Assembly (NCBI GenBank): GCA_964016885.1
Contig: OZ024750.1
Coordinates: 1,054,001-1,118,000 of the forward strand
Origin: Eledone cirrhosa
Taxonomy: Eukaryota
Length of the DNA: 64,000 nucleotides
Direction: 5' to 3'
The translations under genes and the position numbers were made by a program. Positions within the stretch are counted from its first letter, which is position 1, and each line of letters begins with the position of its first letter. Positions 1 through 15,426 of the stretch are shown here, in pieces. The notes beneath the pieces were generated by a model that searched no databases, was not told the DNA's origin, and saw nothing but the letters and a program-made list of their open reading frames with translations.

Positions 1-1300
1 AAGGAGTTGCTGACACGTTAAACCCGATCTATTTAAACGTTGTTATTTGTTGCCTCGCTTGCATCGGAAGACAAGAAGCCAAATTGTTTGTGACAAGATT
101 ATGAACAACTGAGCCTTAGGTTTGTGGCTTACACCTTATTTATTGATTTTGCCTTTTACAATTTTCTCTAATACATATTTGGCTCTAAACAAAATGATGA
201 AAATATTAAATAGATAAATTTAGTAGTTTTGCTGTATAGGAAATCGTGCGTTAAAACCTATTTATCACATACATAAAGAAATGGATTGACACTGTGGTTA
301 TTAAAGTTACAAATGTAATAGATTAGATATAAACTCCTTAAGACCTAAAACAGTATGAGAAAATTTACATGACAAAAAAACTATATTTATGAAAAATATA
401 GAAGTTAGACTCATTTGCTTTTTGTATGATGTTAAATTCAACTTTCAGCTTCAACTAGAATGAAAGAAGATGGAGATATTAATAATGTATTAAATAGAAT
501 GATGAAAGCAGTTATACTCAGATTAGTGTCACAACTTAACGGTTTAATCTGAAATGAATTCCATGTATATGGAGGGAGTTGTAGATGTTTACCTAAGACA
601 AATTCTATGGTGATGTACCCGTTTATTTTGCCATACAGCTGCTATTTAACCGCGTAGTTTCAGTGATAAGGCCGTTATTTATCTGATTAATGAGACCTAT
701 ATCTGCTTAATTTATTCTGTGGAGTTATTTGCTTGGTTAAGTCTCACAGTTCTGAAGTATCCACTCAATTATAGTAGCTTTACGACTACATTATTCAGCG
801 TTAAATGCATAGAGTGAATAGTATTAATGCCATTAGATGCTAACTAGAAGTAAGAGGTTTTGACAGCTGACAAATTGTTTAAAAGTACACTAGCCGCATC
901 ATACTGAAATTAAGCAGATCAATGAATCAATCAGCAATTCTCACACTACTTCATGTTGGCTGTTTTTTGAACATTGATCCACACAGTATGTTACGAAGAC
1001 ATTAGTTTTGTACACGGCAGCGACGAGTTACGTTGATGTCCTCTTCAGAGAGTGTTTATCTATTGAATTAGTATCACAACAGAGAGCTATTGTAGGTCTG
1101 GTGTCGTTATTGTGGGTGGTCTGGTGTTGTTACTGTGGCTGGCCTGTTGTCGTTGCTGTTGTTAGTCTGTTGTCAATGTTGTTGTTCGTCTGTTGTGCCT
1201 GTTGTTGCTGGTTTTTAGCCCTAGATCAGCCTTGATTGAGCAAGCCTTTTTATAAAGTGGTTTCCGAACGAGACCTTTGCTTTTCAGGTACCAGTCTACT

Positions 1301-1470
1301 AATAATGGTTTTTGATTTAGGTACAAGTCCAACAATTATTTTTTGAGAGTGGGGAAAGTCGATTAAATCGACCCCAGTGCATTACTGGTACTTTATTTTA
1401 TCGACTCCCGTAAGGATGAATGCCAAAACAAAACTTGGCGGTATTTGAACTACTGCCAATCCACCACCCT
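1301..1470 (-). mobile_element. tRNA-derived SINE family A copy (long variant, internally deleted head)
   Basis: Contains gtcgattaaatcgaccccagtgcattactggtactttattttatcgac...ggatgaa...tttgaact...ctgccaatccacc, which is shared with many copies in the window. Confidence 0.85.
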
Positions 1471-1816
1471 ATCATTCTAATATTGGCACAAGGACAGCAA
1501 TCTTTTGGGGGGGGGGGGGAGGAGAAGTCAATAATATTGTTCCCAGTACTTGACTGGTACGTTTCTTGGTGGTCACTGGAATAATGTTTAAGTTAAATAC
1601 AGAAAAAAAAATGATATTTTGGATGTGACTCCTGGTATGTGTAGTTAAGCTATATTGTAGGAATCGAACACGCCTTTACATTGCTTCCGTAAATCATTAA
1701 ACTTCAATGACAAAGCCATTTGCCACAGCAAAGTAAAGATTTTTCCAAGTTTTCTTTCATAATAAATAAATCAATTACAAGAAAATAATTAAAAAGAAAA
1801 AAAATTATTAAAAGCC

Positions 1817-1856
1817 TATTGAACGTTTCTCACGCTCTCCGGGATTCTTCAGAATA
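1817..1856 (-). ncRNA. Putative minimal type I hammerhead ribozyme (imperfect)
   Basis: Minus strand reads TATT-CTGAAGA-ATCCCG-gagag-CGTGA-GAAA-CGT-TC-AATA. Core boxes are intact, stem I is 4 bp, stem II is imperfect. Confidence 0.4.
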
Positions 1857-2364
1857 CAGTTCAATAGTGATTCGCTAAATATAGAATAAATACATAAATA
1901 GACACATACTTATATATATACACACCCATCCACCACACCTCACATTCCCTACATACACCCCCTACTCAGAGAGTTTACAAAGAAGGGTTTTTTCTTTATT
2001 TTCTTTCATTAGCTACTCCGAAATAGTTTATGTTTACAATGACGTAGTGAAGTTTTCATTCGGAACCAACACAAAAATACCAACTTCAATTGGTGAAAGT
2101 AAATTGTGGGTGAAAAACAAAAACAAACAAACAAAAAAACCAAAACAAAAACAAACACAAAAAAGATGAAACAAGGAAAAATAAAAATAATTTCTTATTT
2201 CTTTTGGTAAGAAAAACTAAATAAGTAGGCGTTAAACTGTTATTATAGAGTTCTAATTTCAGAATAATTACCCTTAGGGGTTTCTGTTAAGATTCGTTCT
2301 TTTTTTCCATTCAAATCACATAAGTCATAGATACACACACACACACACACACACATATATATGT

Positions 2365-2423
<59 letters not shown>

Positions 2424-2754
2424 CATATATTTATATATATATGTATATATATATATATACACACACACACGCACACATATATATATATATATACATATAC
2501 ACACATATATTTATATATATATATAAATATACATATACACACACATATATATATATATACATATACACACATATATTTGTATATATTTGTATATATATAT
2601 GTAAATATATATATATATAAATATATATATAAATATATATAAATATATATAAATATATATAAATATATATAAATATATATAAGGAAAAAAAGATGAAATC
2701 GAAAATGCAACTGGAGTCTTATTTAAAAAAAATATATATATATTTATTTGGTTC

Positions 2755-2790
2755 CTTTACCGGTTTCGCAGTTCTTCTGCTTTTCAAAAG
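2755..2790 (-). ncRNA. Degenerate minimal type I hammerhead ribozyme
   Basis: Minus strand reads CTT-TTGAAAA-GCAG-aagaa-CTGC-GAAA-CCGG-TA-AAG, with AATAAA just downstream. The core differs from CTGAAGA by two transitions. It lies between (TA)n tracts. Confidence 0.55.
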
Positions 2791-2927
2791 TAGAGTTGAG
2801 ATGGAGGGTCTGTGGTTTTTCTCACATCAAATATATATATATATATACATATATAAATATATATATATAAATACATACATGTACACATATACATATATAT
2901 AAATATATATATATACACATATACATA

Positions 2928-2973
<46 letters not shown>

Positions 2974-2975
2974 TA

Positions 2976-3045
<70 letters not shown>

Positions 3046-3086
3046 TACTTATATATATATATATATATATATTCATGCATTTGCTT

Positions 3087-3220
<134 letters not shown>

Positions 3221-3579
3221 ATATATATGTGGATATCAATCTATATGTAGCAACCCTCATGCAATGAGCGGTAGATTTAGTTGCTTACCGTTTTTCACCA
3301 ATTTATTAGACCAATGAAAGTGCAGTACCTCTCTGCCAGGAACTTGCTATATAAAAGGCAATTAGAAGCTTTATCACCGCCCCCACCTTCCTTGGCAAAA
3401 CGCACCTAGAATGTACTGCTCGTTTCTTTCTACTTTAAGCAGAATGAAGCCTGAATAAAAATCTCATTTCTCTTTTTTCTCAACAGAATACAATTTGATC
3501 AAAGTATCCACAGATTGTCTTTTGCACAGAAATCCACCGGAGTGGAGCTGAAATTTATCTTATTCTTTTCAGCGTAGAT

Positions 3580-3645
3580 ATCATGTGGTTAGAATGTCTC
3601 AGGAAAGAATCGCTGGACAGATTTTACGGGCAAAACCAACCGGTC
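3580..3645 (+). mobile_element. RTE-clade LINE ORF fragment
   Basis: Translates as HVVRMSQERIAGQILRAKPTG and is homologous to the minus-strand fragment near 36.1 kb. Confidence 0.6.
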
Positions 3646-4247
3646 TCTGTTTTTTCGGCAATTGAGCCAGAGTTGAACCTGCCTTTGTCTTCTTCTTTGT
3701 TTCAGCTAGTCTCAAGTTGCCATCAATTTGTTGATTTACGCCAAGTTACAAAACACGTGTGTTGATTTCCGTTCAATTACCTCAACAATACATTCAGTAT
3801 TCACTACAAGTATCTCTCGAAAGAACTTTACTTGAAGAACATATACATAACATTACTCAACCTTGTTATAATTGAAAATCATTATTTTTCTCTATGAACT
3901 GTTGTATTATTTAAACCTGTACTTTAGTGAACTTCTAAAATTGAAAACACGCAGTTTAAGCAATCTGAACCATCACAGTAAATCAAACCGGTGGAGGTCC
4001 TACTGGTCGTATCTCGAAAATAAATATCTATTATATATAATTTGTATAAATAATTTATATATATAATATATATATAATTTATATATATAATTTATATATA
4101 TAATTTATATATATAATTTATATATATAATTTGTATATAATTTATATATAATTTATATATAATTTATATATAATTTATATATATAATTTATATATATAAT
4201 TTATATATATAATTTATATATATAATTTATATATAATTTATATATAT

Positions 4248-4423
4248 AAATATAAGTATGTATACGTACATACATATATGTATACATACGTACAGTAGTA
4301 TGTATATATATATATACATACTACTGTACGTCTGTATATATATATGTATGTACGTATACATACTTATATTTAAGTCACAGCCGTACTAAGAGTGAGAAAT
4401 GAAATTTCGTTTCATTTTTTCCG
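4248..4423. repeat. Fold-back palindrome (4248-4371) plus unique tail; one arm and the tail recur at about 11990-12103
   Basis: The arm aaatataagtatgtatacgtac...tacagtagtatg is mirrored. The tail cagccgtactaagagtg.gaaatgaaatttcgtttcattttttccgt is present at both loci. Confidence 0.75.
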
Positions 4424-4521
4424 TTTATATATATAATTTATATATATAATTTATATATAATGTTATAGGATCTCTCATCTATATGACACTAGCGAGGGTG
4501 TGTATGGCTTCGCCACATTTT

Positions 4522-4653
4522 GTACATACATGATGGCTGCCCCCTCGTTATCGAGTATGGCCATTGCACGATATAACATTATTAATTATTAATTAATGTT
4601 ACCGTGCAGTGCCTGTGCGTGAAGATTTTTTTTAAGTGAGGAAAGACTGTGCA
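4522..4653 (-). mobile_element. Short RTE-derived non-autonomous element fragment, related to the 31/33-kb elements
   Basis: Minus strand reads gtgcacagtctttcctcactt...cttcacgcacaggcactgc...tggccatactcgataacgaggggcagccatcatgtatgta. This matches 31389-31435 and the 3' end at 31614-31650 but lacks the zinc-finger segment. Confidence 0.65.
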
Positions 4654-5362
4654 CTTACAGACATACACACATACATACCTACATACACACATACCTACCT
4701 ACCTACACACATACAAACATATACACATACACACATACATAAATGACGTAAGTATCATCCTACTTCAAAAAAGCTTCTCTTCCACAAAACAATGTTTCAA
4801 AAGAAATATATTTCAAGACTCCATAACATTACTTCTACAACACGTTTAACTTAATCTTCATTTCTATTAATGTTATAATTGAAAAATCGATATTTTCCCT
4901 ATATGAATTTCTCTATAATAAAAAGTCTGTACTTTTATTAAATTTTGTAAGTAAACACGTGCTGTTTAACTGTATTGAATTATCGCATCAGTGAGGCCGC
5001 TTGTGGTATATTCTTTGTGTGATAATTAGAAAATGAAAACCAACCATTATGTGTAATATATTTCTGCTTGCCCCGTCACTTATATATATATTTTATATTG
5101 GTGACACCGACGTGAACGCCATTTTGTGCGGTGTTTCCATATTTCGTGCCTATTTTATATATATATAAATATGACTAAAGAAACTTTACCTGATAGTGGA
5201 GTTCAGAACCCTCTAAGAAATGGAAAGAGTTACGTCAATACTCATTTTTTCTATTTCTTAGAGGGTTCTAAACCCCACCAGGCTAAAATTTCTTGAGTAA
5301 AAAATAAGGCGAAAGATTCTATTTCTATTTTCAAGCTCGTTCGCTGTTTCAAAACATGATTA

Positions 5363-5402
<40 letters not shown>

Positions 5403-6033
5403 GACTGAGATATTTACTGAAATATACTTAAGTTTTACATTTATTCACGCGAAGCATGACAGAAAAAACTGACAGATCCACCTACGAGAATCCAATGACG
5501 TTTCTGCTGTAAATCTGACAACTCCATACACCAATACACAAGGTCAATCTGATAGCCACATTTGGCGTATGTAAATGTGTTGCTGTATAAATGGCAATTG
5601 TTTTATTTCCTCTTATGTTACATGGTAGCCAGTGGCAAGGGAAGCAGTTATTTACTTATTTATATACACATGTACATATTCCTCCCACACATTCACACAC
5701 ACACACGTTCACGCACACACATGTACTTATCCTTCACCCATACACGTACCCTCCCATACGTTCACGCACGCATATATATATATATATATAGTACACCCAA
5801 ATGCGAAAATAACTGAGGTATATAATACTATAAGTGACTTTAGATCCGAAAAAAGTACCAAAATAATTTAAAGAAGAAAATCACCAAAATGTCAGCCGAT
5901 TATAAACAAGTTGGAATGTTTAAATTTATAAATTTTATCTAAATAAAACGACGTTTGTGTATTTAGAGAAAACTACTGCCACTGCTGTTGTTAGAGATCT
6001 TGGACGAGATTGTTGGTGAAGTGTGGGTTACCA

Positions 6034-6216
6034 TACGAGGGTAGGCTGACTATGAAGGAGTGATGCTAGAGCTGTGAAATCTTACATGCATTAATTTCAA
6101 CTCTTCTTACTAACTTCATTGTCTCTTTTTTAGAGAATATGTTGAAAAATAAACCTCATTTGGTCATTCCATGAGAGTATCTTGGTCAGTCTATGAACTT
6201 TTCAACCTACCTCGTA
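6034..6216 (+). mobile_element. Tc1/mariner-type MITE (family M)
   Basis: TA-CGAGGG...CCTCG-TA ends with inverted termini taggctgac / gtcagtctatgaacttttca. Confidence 0.85.
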
Positions 6217-6220
6217 TATG

Positions 6221-6428
6221 TACAAAGGTGGGCTGAAAATTTCATAGTCATAGGCTGACTATGAAGGAGTGATGCTAGAGCTGTGAAATATTGCATGCAT
6301 TAATTTCAACCCTTCTTATTAATAACTGCATTGTCTCTTTCCAGGAACTATGTTGAAAAATGAACCTCATTTGGTCATTCCATGAGAGTATCTTGGTCAG
6401 CCTATGAACTTTTCAGCCGATCCTCGTA
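6221..6428 (+). mobile_element. Tc1/mariner-type MITE (family M), tandem with the previous copy
   Basis: ggtgggctgaaaatttcata ... gtcagcctatgaacttttcagccgatcctcgta. Confidence 0.85.
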
Positions 6429-6855
6429 AATTATCGCGTATGATCGTTAGTTCACTGCCCTAACCACTAGGTCACACGTCTCCTTGACTTACAGGAAACA
6501 GATAAAACCCCTCAATTGGAAGCTGGTATATCTTTTGGTTTTCTACAGTCACTAGTTAAATAAATATAGTAGTTGTCCCCACCGCACTAGAAAAGATGGC
6601 TCACTCTAAATAACTTCAATTTCAACATATTAATGGTTTAAAGATAGGAGATATGAAAGGATTCGTTGATCCTGGAATGATTTGAGCGTAAAGACCCGTG
6701 AATGGAGAAGCTTTTTACATAGTAACACGACTAAAATCTTACGGAGTAGAAATACTTTTGTGTGATATGTGTGTTGTTATCACAGCCATTGTAACAGCTG
6801 CAACAGGAATGGAAAATCAGTAGATCACTGTAAATTTATTTATACTCTACAGAAC

Positions 6856-6954
<99 letters not shown>

Positions 6955-9148
6955 ATGTATACATTTTTAATATCCGTTAATGTATCTCCAAATCGCGCAC
7001 ATAAAGACACGAATGAGGATACGGGTGTATGTATCTATGTAAACACACACAACTACACACACACACACACACACACACAAATGCACACACAAATGCACAC
7101 ACACATATATAAATATAAATATATATATATAATATGCGTTTGTGTACTTGTGGCTGAATAGATATACGAAATGTTTATGTAGAAAAAAATGATGAAAGTC
7201 AAATGTTAAAATTTAAGACGCATTTTTGCAGTATGACATTCAAATTACCACGCCTATTAATATATAATGTATGCAAAACAGAAAATGCAAACCAAAAACA
7301 ATGAAATGGAACCAGTTATTTTAGTGAACATGAAATGTATTTCCAGCGAATCATCAAACCATTCTCATACCATTTTGCCGCAATCGCTTAACTCTGACGA
7401 AAGCTTCAATTGTAATGAATAAATCTAATTCTTCGTTTCCCTCCTCCACCCATCATATTCCCCCCTCTCTCCCTCCCTCCCCGCTCCTAATCGATATTGA
7501 AATTCGAATAAGCTTCCTTTCCACATTCCCCTCTTCTCCATCTCTGGATAGACAGATTATTTGACAGAAAAGAAAGCAAGCTTGCTACTAAAAAAACTTT
7601 AGTAGCCACAATCGAATCTAACACTCAGCAATTATTGGAACAAATTTGTGTTATTGTATAGAGCAACAAAGTGGTGACGTCATGGTGTGTGGTGTGACTT
7701 GGTGTGACGTGGTGTGATGTCATGGTGTGTGGTGTGACGTGTGGTATTACGTGGTATGGCGTGGTGTGGTATTCTGGACTGGATCCATTTAATCCTTTTG
7801 TTCGTTACCGTATTTCTAAAGAAAGGAACTGTCTTTAATTTCCAAAAAATTTGAAAATAATCAAGAATGTGCAAGAATGTAATGATATAACTTTCTCATT
7901 ATTAAGTTGGTGTTTAGAGTGGTGGATTGGCAGCGAACTTCAGCATGGCTGTGTAACGAGGCTAACTCTTTGAATTACAAGTACCATTCATTCGACAAGC
8001 CTCTGACCAGTTTCTGCCAACTCAGTAAGTTTGAGTCGATCTATGACTATGGTAAAAGAAACTTATATAATGTGAACTGATGATTGTAAACTTGTTAACC
8101 ACTGTGCTACGCCATCGTCAGAATATCAGTTGTAGTTGATAGGAAGAAGACTGTCATATTAAGCCGTAGTCAGAATATCATTTGGAGTTAATTAATAGAG
8201 AGAACGATGAACTTTTCTAAGCTGTCAGATTACATAAAAATAACATTTGTTAGATGGCACAGTTTGTCTTATCTCTTGATAATATCTATATTGAAATAGA
8301 CTGTTATTTCAGAGACACTTACGTTTGGCAAGTAACACCACTAATAACTGTAATGACTATAGCTTTAGTTAAGTTATACGCAAAATAACAACAAACACCC
8401 CTCTCACCGGAAGTGCCTTCACTGCCAACCAGTTCAATAACCAGTCCGCAGTAAAGGCCCTTCTGTCATCAGTTCGCCTTTTACGAGCTCGCGACACTGC
8501 ACTACAATAAAATAACTGTATACAAACTTTAATATTTAGGGGTTTTTTAAAACTATTTATTATCAAATTTATAAAAGACTGAGCTAATTCCTGTTTTCCC
8601 AGGCTCAACAGACTGGAGGATACACGTGGAATGGCTACTAGAGTATAGCATGGTTGGGTGGCCTTTACTGTGGAGACTATTGCTCTGAAAACCTTTAACA
8701 TGAGATTAAAACTTATAAAAGCAGGAAACAGCAACATCAAAATATAATTAATTCGACCTCAAACGTTGTGAGATTAAAAAAAGGAGAAGGTTTATCGGAA
8801 ATATTAATTTTTTATCAGAAAGCAGAATGCTAAAAAATAAATTTCAGCTACCAGGCAGTAACTTGCTAAAATACAAACTCTACATATGAATAGAGTGATA
8901 TATAGTTTATTTTATTATAAATTCAAATTTGAATTAGTAACTCGAGGGCTCCGTATTTCATGCTGTATGACTTTTTTCACCCCCCCCCCCTACACACACA
9001 AGAATATAAAATAAACAAATATAAATAAAATGAAGTAAATAGGATTTACTCAATGCTATATCTATTGTTGATAAAGTACAAAACATAGCCTCGAAATATA
9101 GTTTACCAAATATCGCTGATAGTCTATTACACACACACCACATACATA

Positions 9149-9218
<70 letters not shown>

Positions 9219-9236
9219 ATATATATATGTGAGAGA

Positions 9237-9282
<46 letters not shown>

Positions 9283-9622
9283 GTATGTCCGATGCTCGAG
9301 TTTCCGAAATTATTGGAAATCTCAAAATGCGGACGAAACCATGGTAGAGGTAAATAAATGTATTCTCTTTTCTCTTAGTTTATTTTACACCTAATTCTGT
9401 TTAATTGACTATATCTGGGCGATTTCGCTGTCGAAATATTCGATAAATATTCCGTCGCAGCCGACGCGAAGGGCTAGTTACGGTTATTTGTTGGAGATTT
9501 CTTCATAGAAGCCTTATTCTTATAGCCTGGTCTATTCGATTTTTTTATATAGTTAATTATGCTAATTGGGAGAGGAAATGGTATATATTTTATCCGGTGA
9601 TTCTATAGACATGTTTTATGAT

Positions 9623-9726
<104 letters not shown>

Positions 9727-9839
9727 CTATATACATATATATATATATATATAATATATGTATCTATATACATATATATACAACAATATTACTAAACCGA
9801 CTACCGTCGGTTTAGGATATATATATATATATATGTATC

Positions 9840-9870
<31 letters not shown>

Positions 9871-9875
9871 GTATC

Positions 9876-9943
<68 letters not shown>

Positions 9944-9973
9944 TATATACACATATATATATATATATGTATC

Positions 9974-10055
<82 letters not shown>

Positions 10056-10143
10056 CTTTATTATTTCCTTACCTTATAAAATTGTTTTTTCACAAAAAAG
10101 TATTCTGTCTCTTATATATTCCATGTGCCATTACCAACCTCAA

Positions 10144-10280
<137 letters not shown>

Positions 10281-10401
10281 GATATAGATAGGTAAATATA
10301 CACGGGTGTGTATGATTGTGTATAGAAGATTATATTAATAAGAGGAATTCCAACTTTGTCTGACAGTTGAAAATTGAAAACTCGACTGTCACCACATATC
10401 A

Positions 10402-10440
10402 TGAACCTGAAGATTGCGAAAGCATGAAAGTACTTGTTCA
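10402..10440 (+). ncRNA. Minimal type I hammerhead ribozyme with intact core
   Basis: TGAAC-CTGAAGA-T-TGC-gaaa-GCA-T-GAAA-GTAC-TT-GTTCA. It has a 5-bp stem I, a GNRA-capped stem II, a palindromic stem III (AGTACT) and a CUU cleavage triplet. Confidence 0.8.
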
Positions 10441-10571
10441 ATTAACACTTAGAATTTAATATTCTATCATACTATTTCATTATAATACCTCATTATAATA
10501 CCGTATTATATATATTTTAAAGGATTGTAAATAAAACGAGTAAATCAGACAAAGTTGGAATTCCTCTTATT

Positions 10572-11819
<1,248 letters not shown>

Positions 11820-12109
11820 AGCTTGAAACTAGTACAGCGTTCCTTTGTCAGTGTTGAACAAACGAGCAACGATGGTTGCTGGACACTACGGCTTAATACG
11901 GGATGTTTGTTTACAAACACACCGATCATTATAATAAATGTTCGGTGAATCCATACGTACATATATATATGTGTGCATGTATGTATATATATATACATAC
12001 TACTGTACCTCTGTATACATATATGTATGTACGTGTACATACTTATACTTAAGTAACAGCCGTACTAAGAGTGGGAAATGAAATTTCGTTTCATTTTTTC
12101 CGTATATAT

Positions 12110-12244
12110 ATATCTATCTATCTAAGGCGGGTAAAATTCCCGAGATCCATGGACGAGTTCTCTCCAGCGGTCTCTGTCCCTCATTATCGCTGCCATATCC
12201 TGCATCTCCAACAGACCAGTGTCTGTCCTTAGGGCATCAACATA
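12110..12244 (-). mobile_element. 3' end of an RTE-like LINE with a short (ATAG)n tail
   Basis: 12244->12122 translates as YVDALRTDTGLLEMQDMAAIMRDRDRWRELVHGSREFYPP*, a DR..WR C-terminal motif, followed by tandem atag. Confidence 0.75.
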
Positions 12245-13341
12245 TATATATACATACACACATACACATATATTTGTAGTATGACAATCCATCTTTATAT
12301 TTATCAGTATTGCTGTGGTGATATTTCAGTGAATTTCAAATGTCATGTCACCTACAACAAAACCTCTTTTGGCATGTGTCGGTATTATGTGATATCCTTT
12401 CTAATAATTGCCGCTGCCTCATCTTACGTCATGCCATACATTTATCGATATTGAGTCACGTGATACACCTACGTATAGCAACTGAAGCTGTCACGTGGTA
12501 TTAATAAACTGATACAGAATGCTATTGTTTAAATGCCACCGAATCTTGCAGAATTGTAAAAGATAAAAAAAATCGATGTTTATTTTATTAAATAGCATAA
12601 CAATAAAAGAAAACAAACAATGAAACAAAACAAACAATATAACAAAACCAACAACAACAGACACAAAACACACACAAAAAAACAACAAAAAGCAAAACAA
12701 AACAAAAGGAAAAAAACAACAACATCAAAATGCAGAAAAGACACCAAAACAAAAAACACCATAAAAAACAGTACCACAAAAAACAACAACAACAAAAACA
12801 AAATAAGAGGAAAATAACAAAATAGATTAAATCTGCGAATGAATTATGAAAAGGAAGGATCTGTATGGAAGTGGGAGGGTAAGAGATGTAGGAAGAACTG
12901 GGCAAAACTATTGAATTCTGGGTGGAAAAGTTTGACGTAGAACAATGTAAAAATAAGATGTAGAGACGATCTACAGATTAGGGCTTCGCCAGACAAAGAT
13001 TACATATTTTCTTTCCACAGAAAGAATAGTAGCTTATAGTTATTTCTAGTGTATACCTACTAGAAGTCAGCTACATTGATCAGTCTAATTTACATAACAG
13101 TGCATTCGCTGGCAACGTGAATTAATCAATTAATTAATTCATAGAGCGTTATACAGCATTTTGTTGATAATGTCAAATGGAAGGTATATCTTTCTTTAAA
13201 TATAACACATAAACCTACATTTCTAGCTTTCATGGGAAAACTAAACAAGCAGGTTTGTACATTGCATTTCAAATTATCATAAAATGCTTTGCAGAGACTT
13301 CGTTATATTTTTAAATGTGAAAAAATGCCTTAATTTATATG

Positions 13342-13379
<38 letters not shown>

Positions 13380-13425
13380 TGATTTATAAATAAGTAGGCA
13401 TATAGGTAGATGGATAGATAGATAA

Positions 13426-13505
<80 letters not shown>

Positions 13506-13996
13506 AGAGAGAATGAGAAAGAGAAAGAAGGTAAAAAAAGAAAGTATAAGGGAATATTTTGAAGTGTCATGGCGGCTGACAGAAGACAGAGAATATAATA
13601 TTGAATTATTGATTAGATCTCATTTGTCGTCTTCTACGGTAGAAATTGTAACTCTGCTTGATACAAGAGATAAATTTCGACACTGGATTATTTTGGTCGG
13701 CCTTGATACAAGTTAAGTAATTAAAGATGAACTTTTGCACACTAATTTTGTCTTTTGTCATATCAAATTATAATATTTAAAGAAAAGAAATCGAAATGGC
13801 TTGTATTCTTTTGTTTTGTATTAAAATATCTTATTACTGTTGTGTATGTATGTATGTATGTATGTATGTATGTATGTATGTATGTATGTATGTATGTATG
13901 TATGTATGTATGTATGTATGTATGTATGCATGCATGTATGTATGCATGTAGAGAGAGGAGTGAGAGAGAGTGAGGAAGCGAGAAAGAGATATAGCG

Positions 13997-14115
13997 TATT
14001 ACTGCTATGACCAGCCATAAAACAACTCTGCCACCACGCCGCCTATTACTGCTATGACCAGCCATAAAACAACTCTGCCACCGCGCCGCCTATTACTGCT
14101 ATGACCAGCCATAAA
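13997..14115. repeat. 47-bp tandem repeat, about 2.5 units
   Basis: tattactgctatgaccagccataaaacaactctgccacc(a/g)cgccgcc starts at 13997, 14044 and 14091. Confidence 0.9.
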
Positions 14116-14167
14116 TAATAACAAAAACAAAAACAACACCATCCATTGTCTTCATGAATCATCTTGT

Positions 14168-14270
14168 AATAATTGTTTCTACTTTAGGCACAAGGCCAGC
14201 AATTACCCAGTTCATTACTGGTACTTTATTTTATCGACCCCGTAAAGATGAAAGGCAAAGTCAACCTCCA
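14168..14270 (-). mobile_element. SINE family A 3' part (short variant)
   Basis: ttgtttctactttaggcacaaggccagcaattacccag...ggtactttattttatcgaccccgtaaagatgaaaggcaaag. Confidence 0.85.
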
Positions 14271-15319
14271 TGAAGAAAGAACGTTTCTTATTTGATGTAT
14301 CAGCGAGACGAACAAAAATGAGTTAGAGGACATCGGGTTAAACTGTCAACCGAGTAACTTGACCAGGACAGTGGCTCAAATACATATCGATCAAATAACC
14401 TATAAACTAGAACCCTGAAATAGTTTGTTTGTGTGTGAATGAAAGCGATTTGAAAACGGATCTGTTAAAAAGCGAAGTCGAAAACTAGAATCTTTAAAAC
14501 TACTCCACAGAATATGTGAATCATTAAAATTCTAAACTAATAAAATTATGATAATATAAGCATTTAAAACTTCAAATATACAAGTTATAGTGTGTTAAAA
14601 CTATCATTAAAACTACCAACAAGATTCTATGATCTAGTTTTGCATAGCCTAGCATATTAGCAATTTAGAAATTTGAAGAAAATATGCAGAGACAGAAAGC
14701 TGCAGGAATCAATTTCCTAGTGTTTCACGACGATTTTCTATCAACTACTTATTGGTCTAATGAAGAAATAAGTGGGAAATATTTTGCTTGGAGCATTGCA
14801 TGAGTGTTAACAAAGAAAAATACTATTAATATTCTGTGTTAAAAAACACAGAAGACTGCATCTTCGAGAAAACAAAATATTACTTCAAAATATCGTACAA
14901 GAAACAATAGTGTATGCTTTCATTGACTTCAAAGCTCGCAAAGTTGCCATTTATCCCCATTTTGGTCATTTTAATTGAAAAGAAGCCATTTTATCCTTTG
15001 GATGTCCATGGAAAATATCATCGGTAGAATATGTGGTATCTTTTCTCAAATGTTAGGATAGCTAAGTGACGTGGAGTGAGAGTTAGGTATCATTTCTAGG
15101 CATAAAACACTTGCAGTTTGATGGGTTGGTAGTATAATATGCTGTTCACTCAACCATATAATAAGAGACAAAACAAACTATTCAAGCGTGTAACGGAAAC
15201 TAATCTGAGCACTCAGGCATAAATCTTGATTTCATACATGTATGAATAATATGGCGGCTATTGGTAATAATGGAATCCACTTGAAATACAGGATCTTAAA
15301 TTCTTGCATGGTTCATTTG

Positions 15320-15426
<107 letters not shown>

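Noticed and set aside
14275-15010. Possible decayed DNA-transposase sequence (AFIDFKARKV)
   Set aside because: It is a single weak motif amid many stops and cannot be supported by eye.
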